A stretch of 63,950 nucleotides of DNA, the filler included, from Reticulomyxa filosa (Eukaryota > Protista > Foraminifera): NCBI GenBank assembly GCA_000512085.1. It is 21 parts of 21 records of this genome, joined end to end, with 100 filler letters (N's around TTAATTAATTAA, not from the genome) between each part and the next. Parts side by side here need not be neighbours in the genome. Positions count along the whole stretch, not along the records: positions 41,478 to 43,709 come from ASPP01025380.1; positions 43,810 to 47,197 come from ASPP01028728.1; positions 47,298 to 49,191 come from ASPP01043359.1; positions 49,292 to 51,806 come from ASPP01041320.1; positions 51,907 to 53,248 come from ASPP01001144.1; 16 more parts are not named here. One strand, given 5' to 3'. Below, in pieces: positions 41,378 through 53,348 of this stretch. Position numbers and translations under genes: made by a program. The stretch's first letter is position 1, and each line of letters opens with the position of its first letter. The notes beneath the pieces were generated by a model, which saw only the letters and a list, made by a program, of their open reading frames with translations, ran no database searches and was not told where the DNA came from.

Positions 41378-41477
41378 NNNNNNNNNNNNNNNNNNNNNNN
41401 NNNNNNNNNNNNNNNNNNNNNTTAATTAATTAANNNNNNNNNNNNNNNNNNNNNNNNNNNNNNNNNNNNNNNNNNNN

Positions 41478-42089
41478 TTTGTAATTGTTTATTATGTTTG
41501 AAATCCCAAAAACAAATGGTGTTGTCGCTTGATGAAAAACAAATGACATTTTGATGATGATTATGATAATGATATGGTGAAAATTTCGCACAATACACAT
41601 AATCTGAATGTCCATTGAATGATTGAATTTGTTTATTGCTATCAACATCCCATACACGAACTGTTTGATCATCTGATCCAGAACAAATGAATTGTTCACC
41701 ATCAAATGTTAAAAAGTCAATACTGTTTATGTAATCGGTATGTCCGGTGAATGTACTGATTAATTTGGATGATGAACAAAATGTGTCAAACATGAAGACA
41801 GTTGCCTGTGTCAAGTTATTATTATGGATGATGTCATTTAAGTGAAAAACAAAAAACAAAAGCGCATACGCATAACATATTTGACAACAAGTTTGTCAAA
41901 TTCATGAATCCATCCTAATTTAATATTTAATGTTCGAATCCAATGTTGTACGATTACTTGAATTTCTTCTTTTTCGGACTGTTTTATTCAAAAATTACAT
42001 ACAATAAATAAAAAGACTTTAAAGCTTGAAATAAAGATTACCAATGTTAGCTGTGTTAAAGTTCGCTTCTCATTGCTAAGAGTTATCAT
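41478..42089 (-). CDS. WD40-repeat protein, paralog of 40631-41377, truncated
   Basis: Same N-terminal motif (IQVIVQHWIRTLNIKLGWIHEFDK), same intron position, GH…WD repeats. Confidence 0.9.
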
Positions 42090-43809
42090 TTTCGATTCTT
42101 TTGTTCTTTTGCTTAATATGGTCTTCGATGATTTAAGATGAAAGATGATCGAGTTTTTTTTTCCTCAGGAAATGAAAGTGGTTCAATATAAAAAATGGGG
42201 CTTAGCAATACATGTGAATTCTTTCAATGAAGGAATTTTTAAAAATTTATCCAAAATTGAGTAAGTCACGTATATTGCACAATTTTTTTTTTTCCAATCC
42301 CCTTTATAGTTTTAAGAATGTCTGAAAACAAAAAAGGGTAGTTTGATGTTGAAATAGAAAACGTAATCTAACACAACTTTTGCAAACGTTGGATGTTTTG
42401 AAGAGTAAAAATTTGAGTATTTAACTTTGAAAAATTAAAGCTAAGTAAATCATTGAAGACTATGTAATTGTATGAAGTACATAAATTTGAATAGTTTAAT
42501 AATTTTGATGCACAATGCGTGTGGATTGCTGTTTCTTTGGACGTGGCAATTGTGTTATACTCTCGATAACATTGGAGTGAACAGCAGGGTCATTTTACAT
42601 GCAAAAAATTTTCTAAATTAGAGCGGAATTTTTTTGTAACATTAATTCGTCCTTCTATTTTTGATTTAAAAGGCTGAAGGTACAGTAGTATCAATTCACA
42701 TGAAGGCAAGCGTACGTGTATTGACAATGATTTGTTCATTTATTTGTTTTGACGAAACACAAATAAATTGTATTGTGTGAATGATAAATAATGAACAGTC
42801 AAAATATGAAATAAAATGTATGGTTGAATATTGGATTCGATTTTTAAAGATAAGATTAGGATGGATCTATGATTTTAATCTAATTATTTTTAAATACTTG
42901 ATTTTTCGATGAAAGAGCACAATTAAATATCTATAAATCGTATCTTTTTTAAATATGATCATCTTTATTGGTAAATATTTTGCAGAAACTGATTGTTTTC
43001 TATTACTATATTGATTTTTTGTTTTTACAAACAGCCAGAGTTTGATTATTTTCTCGGAATCAATTTGTGTGACACAATCACATTGTCGAAAGTAAATTTA
43101 TTAACAAAAAAATTTCTAGAAATAGAATTAAGAGTAATATAATGTTATATTACTGAAACACTGTCTTATTGCTAAATATATATATTTTTGACATTTATTC
43201 AACAAGGCATGTACTGTGTCTTCTATAAAAACATTTTAACAACAACTCTTTCTTCATCAAAAAAAATTGACAACAATTGGCATTTCATCCAATTTGCATC
43301 AGAAAAAAAAATAAAGATTTACATAAATATGCAGATTGTCTATATTTTCTCAAAAAAAAGAAAACTAATGGCTTGTTCTTCACACGAAGGTAGATTATTT
43401 CTCAAATAATGATATGTCATTAAATTAAACAATATTTTGTAACTATGACCTTTTCTAATTATGTTTTGACATTTCATTTGTTATTTCATTTATCTAGAGC
43501 TTTTTTATATTAAGATTCTTTTGGGAGTAGTTATTAAAAACTCTTTGTTTTTCAATTATTTCTACTATTAGCGAGGACTCTTATTGGAAAGGGAAGGAAG
43601 TACATGAAGCAAAGCAAATGGTAATTAAACCCTCAGACAAAAAGGGGTAAAGGGGTTGTAAGCCCAAGAATACAGTAGATTGCAAAAAAAACTGCCATAC
43701 CTAAATGGCNNNNNNNNNNNNNNNNNNNNNNNNNNNNNNNNNNNNNNNNNNNNTTAATTAATTAANNNNNNNNNNNNNNNNNNNNNNNNNNNNNNNNNNN
43801 NNNNNNNNN

Positions 43810-45940
43810 CGAGCAGTAAAGAAAATTCAATTTTCACCAGATGGAACAAAAATAGTATCTTATTCAGATGACAAAACGATTCGTGTATGGGATGCATCCT
43901 CAAGAAAACAACTTCACGTACTAGAAGAACATGATGAAATAAATAATTTACAGTTTTCACATGATGGTTCCAAAATTGTATCATGTTCACGAGATAGAAC
44001 TGTTCGAATATGGGATATATTGTCAGGTGAACAAATTCAACTGCTGAAAGGACATTCGGGTAGTGTGGAGTCAGCAGAATTTTCATCAGATGATTCTAAA
44101 GATTTTATCATGTTCTTGGGATAAAACTATTCGAATATGGGAGGCATCGTCTGGAAAACAAATTCAATTATTATCTGGCCTAGATTGGTTAACAAAAGCA
44201 ACATTTTTATCAAATGATTCTAAAATTGTTTCATGTGCAAGTAATGACATTCAAATATGGGATTTATCTTCTGGAACACAAGTTCTAGTATTAAAAGGAC
44301 ACTATAGTTCGATAACTGGACTACAAATTGTATCCAATGGATCAAAAATTATATCATATTCGAGGGATTCAACCGTTCGAATATGGGATACATTATCAGG
44401 TCAACAACTTCAAGTATTGGAAGGACATACATATGATGTAAATGGGATTCACTTGTCATCAGATGGTTCAAAAGTCTTATCATATTCAATCGATAAAACA
44501 ATTCGAATATGGGATTTTTTGTCTGGAAAACAACTTCAAGTTTTAGAAGGACATTCAGATAATGTGTATGCAGCAAGATTTTCATTTGATGGGTCCAAAA
44601 TTATATCTGCTTCAGGTGATTGTACAGTTCGACTATGGGATGTATCATTTGGAAAACAAATTCAAATATTCGAAGGACATTCAAATTATGTAACTGGTGT
44701 GGAATTTTTCCCAAATGAATTCAAAATTTTGTCATGTTCAGAGGATAAAACTATTCGAATATGGGATTTTTCTTTGGAAAGAAAAATCCAGGTAACAGAA
44801 GGATATATAGATGCTATAGGCACAGTAGTATTTTCTCCTGATGGTTCAAAAATTGCAGGCTCCAAATACAAAACAGTGCGACTATGGGATGTACAATCAG
44901 GAAGACAAACTCAAATATTTGAAGGTCATTCCGAGTATATAAGAGGGGTATTATTTTCGTTTGATGGTTCTAAAATTATATCATATGCATGTGATAACAC
45001 AATCCGAATATGGGATGTGCTATCAGGAAAACAACTTCATTTATTGAAAGAACATTTAGGTTGGATGGAAGCAGTGAAATTTTCACCAGATGGTTCCAAA
45101 CTTGTGTCATGTTCACGGGATAATACAGTTCGAATATGGGATATACTATCAGGAATTCAAATCCAAGCATTAGATGGACATACAAATTCTGTAACAGATG
45201 TACAATTTTTGCCAGATGGAAATAAAATTTTGTCTTGCTCATATGACTGTACAATTATATTATGGGATGTATTATCTGAAAAACAAATTCGGATATTTGA
45301 AGGACATCAAGGTAATATAGATATGATTCAACTTTCACCAGATAGTTCTATATTTGTGTCATCTTCACAATGGGACAAGACATTTCGAGTATGGGATATA
45401 TCATCTGGAACACAACTTTTTTCATTCGAAGAAGATGAAGAGATAAATGATGTACAATTTTCTCCAGATGGTACTACAATTGCATCTTGTTCAGCAGAAA
45501 AGACAATTCGATTGTGGGATGTATCGAATAAAAAACAAATTCAAATATTGCAAGGACATTCTGATTGTATATGGGGAATAAAATTTTCATCGGATGGTTC
45601 GAAAATTATTTCATATTCAAAGGACAAAACTATTCGAATATGGGATGTGTCTTCAGGAAGACAACTTCAAATATTGGAAGGACATAATGGAGGTATTAAT
45701 TGCATCGACTTGTCACCTGATAGTTCAAAACTAGTGTCATGTTCTGATGACAAAACACTTTGGTTGTGGGGTAGTGATAATGATAAAATTACTAATGTAA
45801 CTGAGACTAATGTGATAGATTATATTTGGAGAGCAGGTATTCAAAGTGGTTTATCAATGAAAGGCAGCATTTGGAAGGACATAAAGGGTTTGGAAGATCA
45901 ACAAGAATTACTTGTGAAACAACGTGGTGGAATATTTTGA
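43810..45940 (+). CDS. Long WD40-repeat C-terminal region (~16 repeats) of a probable NACHT-WD40 (NLR-like) protein
   Basis: Highly similar 42-aa repeats (LEGH…V..V.FS.DGSKI.S.S.D.TIRIWD..SG.Q), ending in GLSMKGSIWKDIKGLEDQQELLVKQRGG. A frameshift at ~44060-44090 links the upstream repeats. Confidence 0.9.
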
Positions 45941-46063
45941 TGTTTTTTTGTTTTTCTATTATATGAATAAGATTTATTTTTAGCATTTTTGCTTGTAATT
46001 CTGTAAAAATTTGATGTGGACAATTTTACACTTTGTTTCTCAAGTAAAATAACTAAAGACTGA

Positions 46064-47197
46064 ATGAGATTTACATTGGATAAAAATTTCTTATTTCTTT
46101 TCAAAAATAGTGATAGTGAAGATAATCAACAACCAGAGTTTATAATTACAGATAAAAACAATGTGCGAATTGAAAAAGACGAAGACGTTGAACGTGTGTA
46201 TAAAAATGCGCCAGCACATTTTAATATACGATTAAAGCCAAAGAAGTATATTAAAAAAAAAAAGATCAAATAAACACTCAACAAAATTATGTAATTATGA
46301 CGCCATTAATATTATTAGCTGGAACAATAAGATGTGAGAAAAATGATAAAAAGTTAAATAATGTGAAACGTGATATATTAAAACTGAAGCAATTACTTGA
46401 AAAAAGATATGAATGTACAGTAATATCAACATTTAATGATGGTGATTATGCAAGTGAATTATTAACATTGGATCGATTAAACGAAACTCTTATCAATGCT
46501 TCCAAAAAGATTAAAAAAAAGAAATATCACTTCACTTTAGAATATGATAGTTTGATATTTATTTGGTGTGGTTATGGAAATGACCAAGCAGGTACATTAA
46601 TAACTAATGATGGAAAATGCAAACATTGGAATGAAGTTGCAAATATATTGAAATCTATAAAAAAACCCAAAGTAATTATTCAGAATTGCATAGAGTCAAA
46701 AACATCATGTGAAATGAAAATGGATGGAAATCTTTCATGGAATAAACTTATCAGATCGAATACGTTTTTTATTACCACAAATTTAGTCAATGACGATCCC
46801 ACTGGAAATACTGGCTCTATATTTACAAAATTGTTTTGTGAACAATTGAATGAAGATAAAGATCATCCACTTTCTCTCAAATCAATGATTGAATATATGA
46901 ATTATACAATTGAGGATAAATTTATGAATGAAAATGGACAACAATTAATCAAGACTTGTTCTCCTTGTAGCAAAGATATTTACATTGGAGCTCATCAACA
47001 CTTTTTGTATGGTTATATTGAAAATACAGATCCAATTTGGATGAATGCTATTAAAAAAGCAGAAGCAATGATGGCAGAAATGGAAAAGTAAAAGCAGAGT
47101 GGAATAATTGTGGTGGCAAGCAATTTAGATGAGGTATTGGCGAATCCTAAAGGCTGGACTTGGAAAATAGATGTAGATGAATCAATGGAGATGGAGA
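46064..47197 (+). CDS. PB1-like segment plus degenerate (probably inactive) caspase-like domain; internal stop at 47089
   Basis: PLILLAG…NVKRDILKLKQLLEKRYECTV…YDSLIFIWCGYG…LITNDG…KPKVIIQNC…GSIFTKLFC follows the caspase-fold pattern, with Tyr at the catalytic His position. Confidence 0.6.
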
Positions 47198-47297
47198 NNN
47201 NNNNNNNNNNNNNNNNNNNNNNNNNNNNNNNNNNNNNNNNNTTAATTAATTAANNNNNNNNNNNNNNNNNNNNNNNNNNNNNNNNNNNNNNNNNNNN

Positions 47298-47763
47298 AAT
47301 ATGGGATATTGAAACAACCAAACAATTCAATATATTCAAAGGACATCAAGGTACTGTGAACAGCGTAAAGCAAGGATCAAATGAATTATTGAATACAATA
47401 TTATCTGGATCAGTAGACAAAAGTATTCGTGTGTGGGATATTCGATCTGATCAACAAATTCAAGTGTTCAATGGACATACAAATTATGTGTACGCTGTTG
47501 AATATTCACAATTTGTAATAAAGAATAGTGTTGTTAATTCAAATGTGATATGTTCTGGATCAGGTGATAATACAATTCGATTTTGGGATATTCGATCAAA
47601 TAAGAATGAATTATATATGATCAAAGGAGATAATAAAAAAGATCGTGGAATAACTTGTCTTAAATTTATTGGATTAAAAAAGAAAGAGGATACAAAGAAT
47701 GATATATATGATTTGAATTTATGTTATGGTTCATTGGAAGGTCCCATTCATATTTGGGGATAA
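47298..47763 (+). CDS. WD40-repeat protein C-terminus
   Basis: GH…WD repeats ending IHIWG*. Confidence 0.9.
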
Positions 47764-48646
47764 TTTAATTTTTGTCGGATAAGAAACGTAAGTATTTTTT
47801 TTAAAGTTTGATTAAAGAAAGTTAGGTGATACCAAGCTTGTTTGACTTGATGTGCAAGTATTGAATGATGTGTTTTATCTTACTTTGTTGTTTAAAAAAT
47901 TGCATTCAATATTTTTTAAAGAATTGAAAAGCATAATTAATGAAAATTGTATCCAAATATCAAAATAAATTGCAAGATATTTCAATTGTTGTGTAGTAAT
48001 TCATGATATAAATCTTTTTTATTTCGAAGAACACTGAATATTATTTAAAAACTTGAAAGATTGAATTTTTTTAAATAGTACAACGATAGATGTGATTGAG
48101 GAGTTACTCTGGATATATTTATTTGATGAAAAAAAAATTAACATTATATTATTTTCTTCCTAAGTAAAGCTAGCTCATTTTTTTAAAAAATCATTGAATG
48201 AAACATAACAACTCAGTAATTTTAGTAAGACATTAACTATTTTACAGCATTCAATGCGTTACTTTTTTTTTTTTTGGCAATAAGGATACAAGGATTATTT
48301 ATCCAAACGCGTCGACGCAAAATCGAGAAATATTTGAAAATAACATTTATCCATATACATTATGTACTGATAGTTTATAAATTTTTAATTTTATTTACTT
48401 AATTTTTTTATAAACTCCAAATCAATTCAGATTTACAGATAATTTGTTTCGTTTTAAGAAGATAATGCTTTTATAGAAGGCAATCATTTGTACACATTAT
48501 TGGGAATGTCTAATATATTTTTAAAAAAATTGATAAAAATGAATAATGGATAATAATAATTTTGCTTTCAAGGTCCAGTTGTTTCGTTTTTTCAAAAGGA
48601 CAATTTTTTTTTTTAAAAACATTTTACTTACATAATATTGATGACA

Positions 48647-49191
48647 TGAGTAATCGAATCTTTCAAATTTGAAGGCTTTACCAACTCCACTTTCTCAGCC
48701 TCAATGTGTGTCACACAACATGAACTCCTCATTTGTGGAGGTATACGCAATCGTGATTGTTATTCTTATCATATACTCACAAATGAATATAAATTTATCT
48801 GTTCATATCCAAGTAATATTAAATTATTTGGATATTGTGTGGTGAAGTTGATAGATAATAAAAACAGCAATGAGATTACTTTATTGTCTTTTGATGGATT
48901 TTTTAAACATACATTGATAATGAAATATGTAAGTGCTTGGGATAATGATAATGAAATAAATAAATCGAAGAAATCAAACAATTACAATGAATGGATTCAT
49001 TTTACAGACAATCATAATTATCCAATTCAAATTGGAAGAGATAAAGACAAGTATGAAGGAGTGCGTGCAATGATTGGTGGAAGTGATAATAATTTGTTAT
49101 TTATCACTTATTATCCAAAGAATATTAGTGTGTTTGATTTAAATACATTCAATTTATTAAACATGATACTTTATCAACTTATAATCCAACA
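48647..49191 (+). CDS. Kelch-like repeat protein N-terminus (frameshifted; possible pseudogene)
   Basis: LPTPLSQPQCVTQHELLICGG..NRDCYSYH…YKFICSYP and YEGVRAMIGG are kelch-like beta-propeller motifs; frameshift near 48668. Confidence 0.7.
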
Positions 49192-49920
49192 NNNNNNNNN
49201 NNNNNNNNNNNNNNNNNNNNNNNNNNNNNNNNNNNTTAATTAATTAANNNNNNNNNNNNNNNNNNNNNNNNNNNNNNNNNNNNNNNNNNNNACCAATTGA
49301 TGGTTGCTTTTTAGAAGAAGTCATTCTTAAACCAACAAAATCTTTTGAAAGTAAAAAATAACTCCATCTTTAATTTTCACATTCCTTAAAGAAAGAACAC
49401 AGAGAAAGCCTTATTCAATCTAGGCTTCGTTGTTAAAGATTTCTACTTTCCTTATGCAAATCTTCCAATAAAAGCTTAGGTTAAAATTTTTATTATTCTA
49501 ACTCTGTTTTGATTTTTCTAAATTTTACATGTGCTAGCATGGAACGTGCACAAACATGTCACTTTCATTATTTCACACTCGATCATACAACTAAAAGGTC
49601 GACACGTTTTCTATCATTCAATTTTTTTACACTTATATGATCAGTCTTGTCTTATTGGAGTTCATTTGAATAAAAAATAGATTATTACATATTATTGTAC
49701 TTTTGGATAGACTTATGATTAGTATGAACAGATTGTTTGACATTTTATACTTTTTTATGTAAAATACTACGCTCTAGTGTCTGGCTCCTTTAACAAGAAG
49801 TACTTTTTTGTTAAAAATTAAAGTTCAACCAAATAATTTGGACAATTCATCAAAATATAATTTGAGAATTGCTCCAAGCGGCTCAATACAGAAAGAAGTA
49901 AAAATAAAAAGTCAATATAG

Positions 49921-51760
49921 TCACCACTGACCAAATTGATAGATCAAAACAGTCGCACCACGACCAGGAGAAGGTGTGTCTTGCATTATACAAACGTCTG
50001 CATCATTACACCGAAACCACTTTCCGTTGTGCATATTTTTGACAAAAGCGTAATAATGTCCATGTTTATTGGTATTTCCAACGTGAATGCATACACCTGT
50101 CAATGAATATTGCTTCTCCGCTAATTTAAAATCTTCCGAATAATCAATTAAAGAAGGCGTGTAGCCAAAAATCGGATGGATACGATTTATTTGCACAACT
50201 AATACTTGTGGTGCCACAAGAATCATCTTTTTTTGTGTGATAATCCGATTGTCTTTCAACGTATCAGAACAACCACATTTCAAAAATGACTGACTTCCAT
50301 CCACATAATTTTTTAATGACATCTCTATAAGGCTCTCTTTTATGCTCTTGAACTCGATCGCTCCAAACTTGTTTCTTGGGATTAATTTTTGCAACCAACG
50401 ACACATCCCCTTTTTCAATACCAACAATTTTTTTAAAAAAATCCAAGCCCTCCAATTGATAAAGAAAAAGAAAAAAATGGAGGGTACCCCAATGGTTTCA
50501 TTTAAAATCCTGGAGACGTGGTAATTGATTTTTGAATATTCCACTTCACAAGTGATCTGTTCTTGCACTTCAACACGGTTATTATATGGTTGATCCTCCA
50601 CTAATTTGGATTCTTCAGCGTCGACTGCATTTCCAAACTCCCTGCTGCAACATGAACTCATTAAATTTATTAGCATCAATATCCAATTGCAAATGCAGAG
50701 ACAAAATGAAACAACATCTCTAGATCTTGATCTTGGCTTGTATTTTAAAAGTTTATACACCATCACAAATATTAAAAAATTTGAAAAATATATATTGCCC
50801 ACCTGTTGATGGTATTGAAACTGGTGCTGATAAAAGACAATTGTCAAAGATAACGATTTGTCAAAACCAATCCACCAGTCCCCTGCGTCGTTGATATATT
50901 TATCTCCTTGCAAAAGTGCTGCAACATATGCGGAACGTCTATCCGTATTAAAACTTCTAAAATAGTTTACAAATTCTATGCTCTTGTACTGACTTTTTTT
51001 AGGCACCCTGCAAAAATTGATACGATAATACTGATGATCTTCTATGCATTGTAACACTGGAAAAATTACAAATTGGTCCGTCTTTTCTTCTTCGAGGTAG
51101 TTTGGACATTGTTGCATGTCTACTACTTGATCTGCATAAAAAAAGCCGCGTTTCTTAAAAATATAACTGCTTACATCTTCCTGATCATCGACAACGGTTA
51201 CTAACTCGCTTAATTTATTGCTTACATTCACATATCCGAGGCACAAATTGTCCTCTTCTGTGTTTTTTAATATTTCCTTTAGCCGATGCTTTAGCACACA
51301 TATTTTCGAAGATGCTAGCACTTCCACCATCACCGGAGAATAGGCATCATCGACGTCTTTGAATACGTACACTGTAATCATTAATTTGGAGCTGGTCACA
51401 GGTAATGTTAGGTTGCGAAAAGATTGATAATGCTGGCCGGTAGTGCCACAAGAAAGACAGTGTTCCTATGAATTTTTAGCAACAGTTATATAGAAAAAGG
51501 CTCCTCCTTTTTTAAAAAAACAACACTCTAAACTTCTTCTAGAGCTATTCCATCAAAGATAGATGCAACCTCTGATCTTCTGCATATCTGTGCAAACATG
51601 TCTTCAGCCATATTTTTACGTTGTTCCTCGCTCTGATCTTTGGTTCTGTATTCAAAACAGCAAGTATTTTCTTCTAAGGCTCCTACCAAAGTACAGATAG
51701 CAGCATAAGAATCTTCTTCCACTCCTTGCGAATATCTGTTATATTTGTGCAATTTTTTCT
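49921..51760 (-). CDS. Ubiquitin-specific protease (USP/C19), 5'-truncated, with internal insert
   Basis: EEDSY (QQD box), SIFDG…CLSC…FRNLTLPV, PQVLVVQINR, His box YSLTGVCIHVG…HGHYYAFVK…KWFRCND. The Cys box is not on this contig. Confidence 0.85.
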
Positions 51761-51766
51761 ACTCTT

Positions 51767-51806
<40 letters not shown>

Positions 51807-52348
51807 NNNNNNNNNNNNNNNNNNNNNNNNNNNNNNNNNNNNNNNNNNNNTTAATTAATTAANNNNNNNNNNNNNNNNNNNNNNNNNNNNNNNNNNNNNN
51901 NNNNNNTAAAGATGTTTGATTTTTTTGCAATCTGTGAGATAATCAATTTCGTTTTTACTATTCTTTAGTATTAGAAAAATAAAAATTCTTGCATACCAAA
52001 AAACTAATATTTTTTAAAATGAGGATTTTTAATGAATGAAAATGCATCAAGTTTTTTCTTCGATTGTTAGGAGATAATTGCATGGAATATATTGTCTTGT
52101 GACAAATTTTCTCGAAATATATTTAATAATTCTATTTGTGTAGATGTGAACGTTATAAATGTAATGCTTTGTATCAAGTATTTTTGTAACGAGAAAGTTA
52201 GTAGGCCCTTGTTATTCTTTTTACGTCAAAAAATACGTTCTCCAACTCTATTCTCATAAGCTCTTCCCAACGATTCAATTTTTGGTTATCATCGAAAATC
52301 TTTAAAGCTAATGCGTTAATTGTCTTGTTTAAAACAAGAAGTATAGAA

Positions 52349-53230
52349 ATGTCGTATGATGAGCGAACACGAAGACTTGTGGAAGAGATTGAAAAAGAAA
52401 TAATTAGGAAAAGCTTGACTTTATTTTATGCAGAGCAAATCATAGAAAAAGTACAAAATCTGCAATTTTCCTTTTTCCCCTTTTGCTTTTTCCCTTTTTT
52501 TCACTGTATACTTTCCACTTTCCAAAAAACAAAATAAAATTAAATAAATATTTATTTTAGATAAATGATTTCAGTATCAAGGACAAACACGAATACGGTA
52601 AACACGAAGACGGTAAACATGAAGACCGTAAATACGAACATTGTAAATACGACGAACTCGAATACAATAAACAAGACAAACATGAACGCAAAAATGAACA
52701 CGACGTACACAAACACAAGTATAAACAAGACGAACATGAACGCAACGAATGCGAATACGACGAATGCAAACAAGTATGCAATCACAAAAATAATCACAAA
52801 AACAATAACAAATACAAACAAAAATACATACATAAATACAAATACGAATACAAACAAAAGGGCATTATCAAAGACAAATATATTCATATGAACGAGGATA
52901 TGAATAGAAACACGAACAAGGATAATTGCACGAACAAGTATAAAATGCACAAACAATGATAAATGCACAAGCAATGATAAATGTACGATCAATGATAGAT
53001 TTACGATCAATGATGAATGCACGAACAGGATAAATGTACGAACAATGATAAATGCACGAGCAAGAATAAATGCAAGAGAAAACACATAAGCTATTCTAGA
53101 AAGAAACGCAAATTGGCCGAAATATATGACAATAAAAAAAAATTTAGAAATATTCCAATCAAAACGAGCAAAAGTAGTTATTAATAAAGATAATGTCAAG
53201 ATCATTGAACAATGCACTGGAATTAATTAA
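52349..53230 (+). CDS. Hypothetical low-complexity His/Lys/Glu/Asn repeat protein (frameshifted)
   Basis: Exon MSYDERTRRLVEEIEKE…, an intron, then KHEYGKHEDGKHEDRKYEH… built from degenerate 15/18-bp tandem repeats. Confidence 0.4.
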
Positions 53231-53348
53231 ATTTATGTGTATATTTATNNNNNNNNNNNNNNNNNNNNNNNNNNNNNNNNNNNNNNNNNNNNTTAATTAA
53301 TTAANNNNNNNNNNNNNNNNNNNNNNNNNNNNNNNNNNNNNNNNNNNN

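Noticed and set aside
47089-47091. Stop-codon reassignment (TAA/TAG = Gln), suggested by internal stops here and at 56871
   Set aside because: Conserved genes end at TAA or TAG at the expected positions (WD40 IWG-TAA, dihydroorotase TAG), and long ORFs use CAA/CAG without internal stops.
52552-53217. 221-aa hydrophobic minus-strand ORF resembling a membrane protein
   Set aside because: Antisense shadow of an A-rich tandem repeat.
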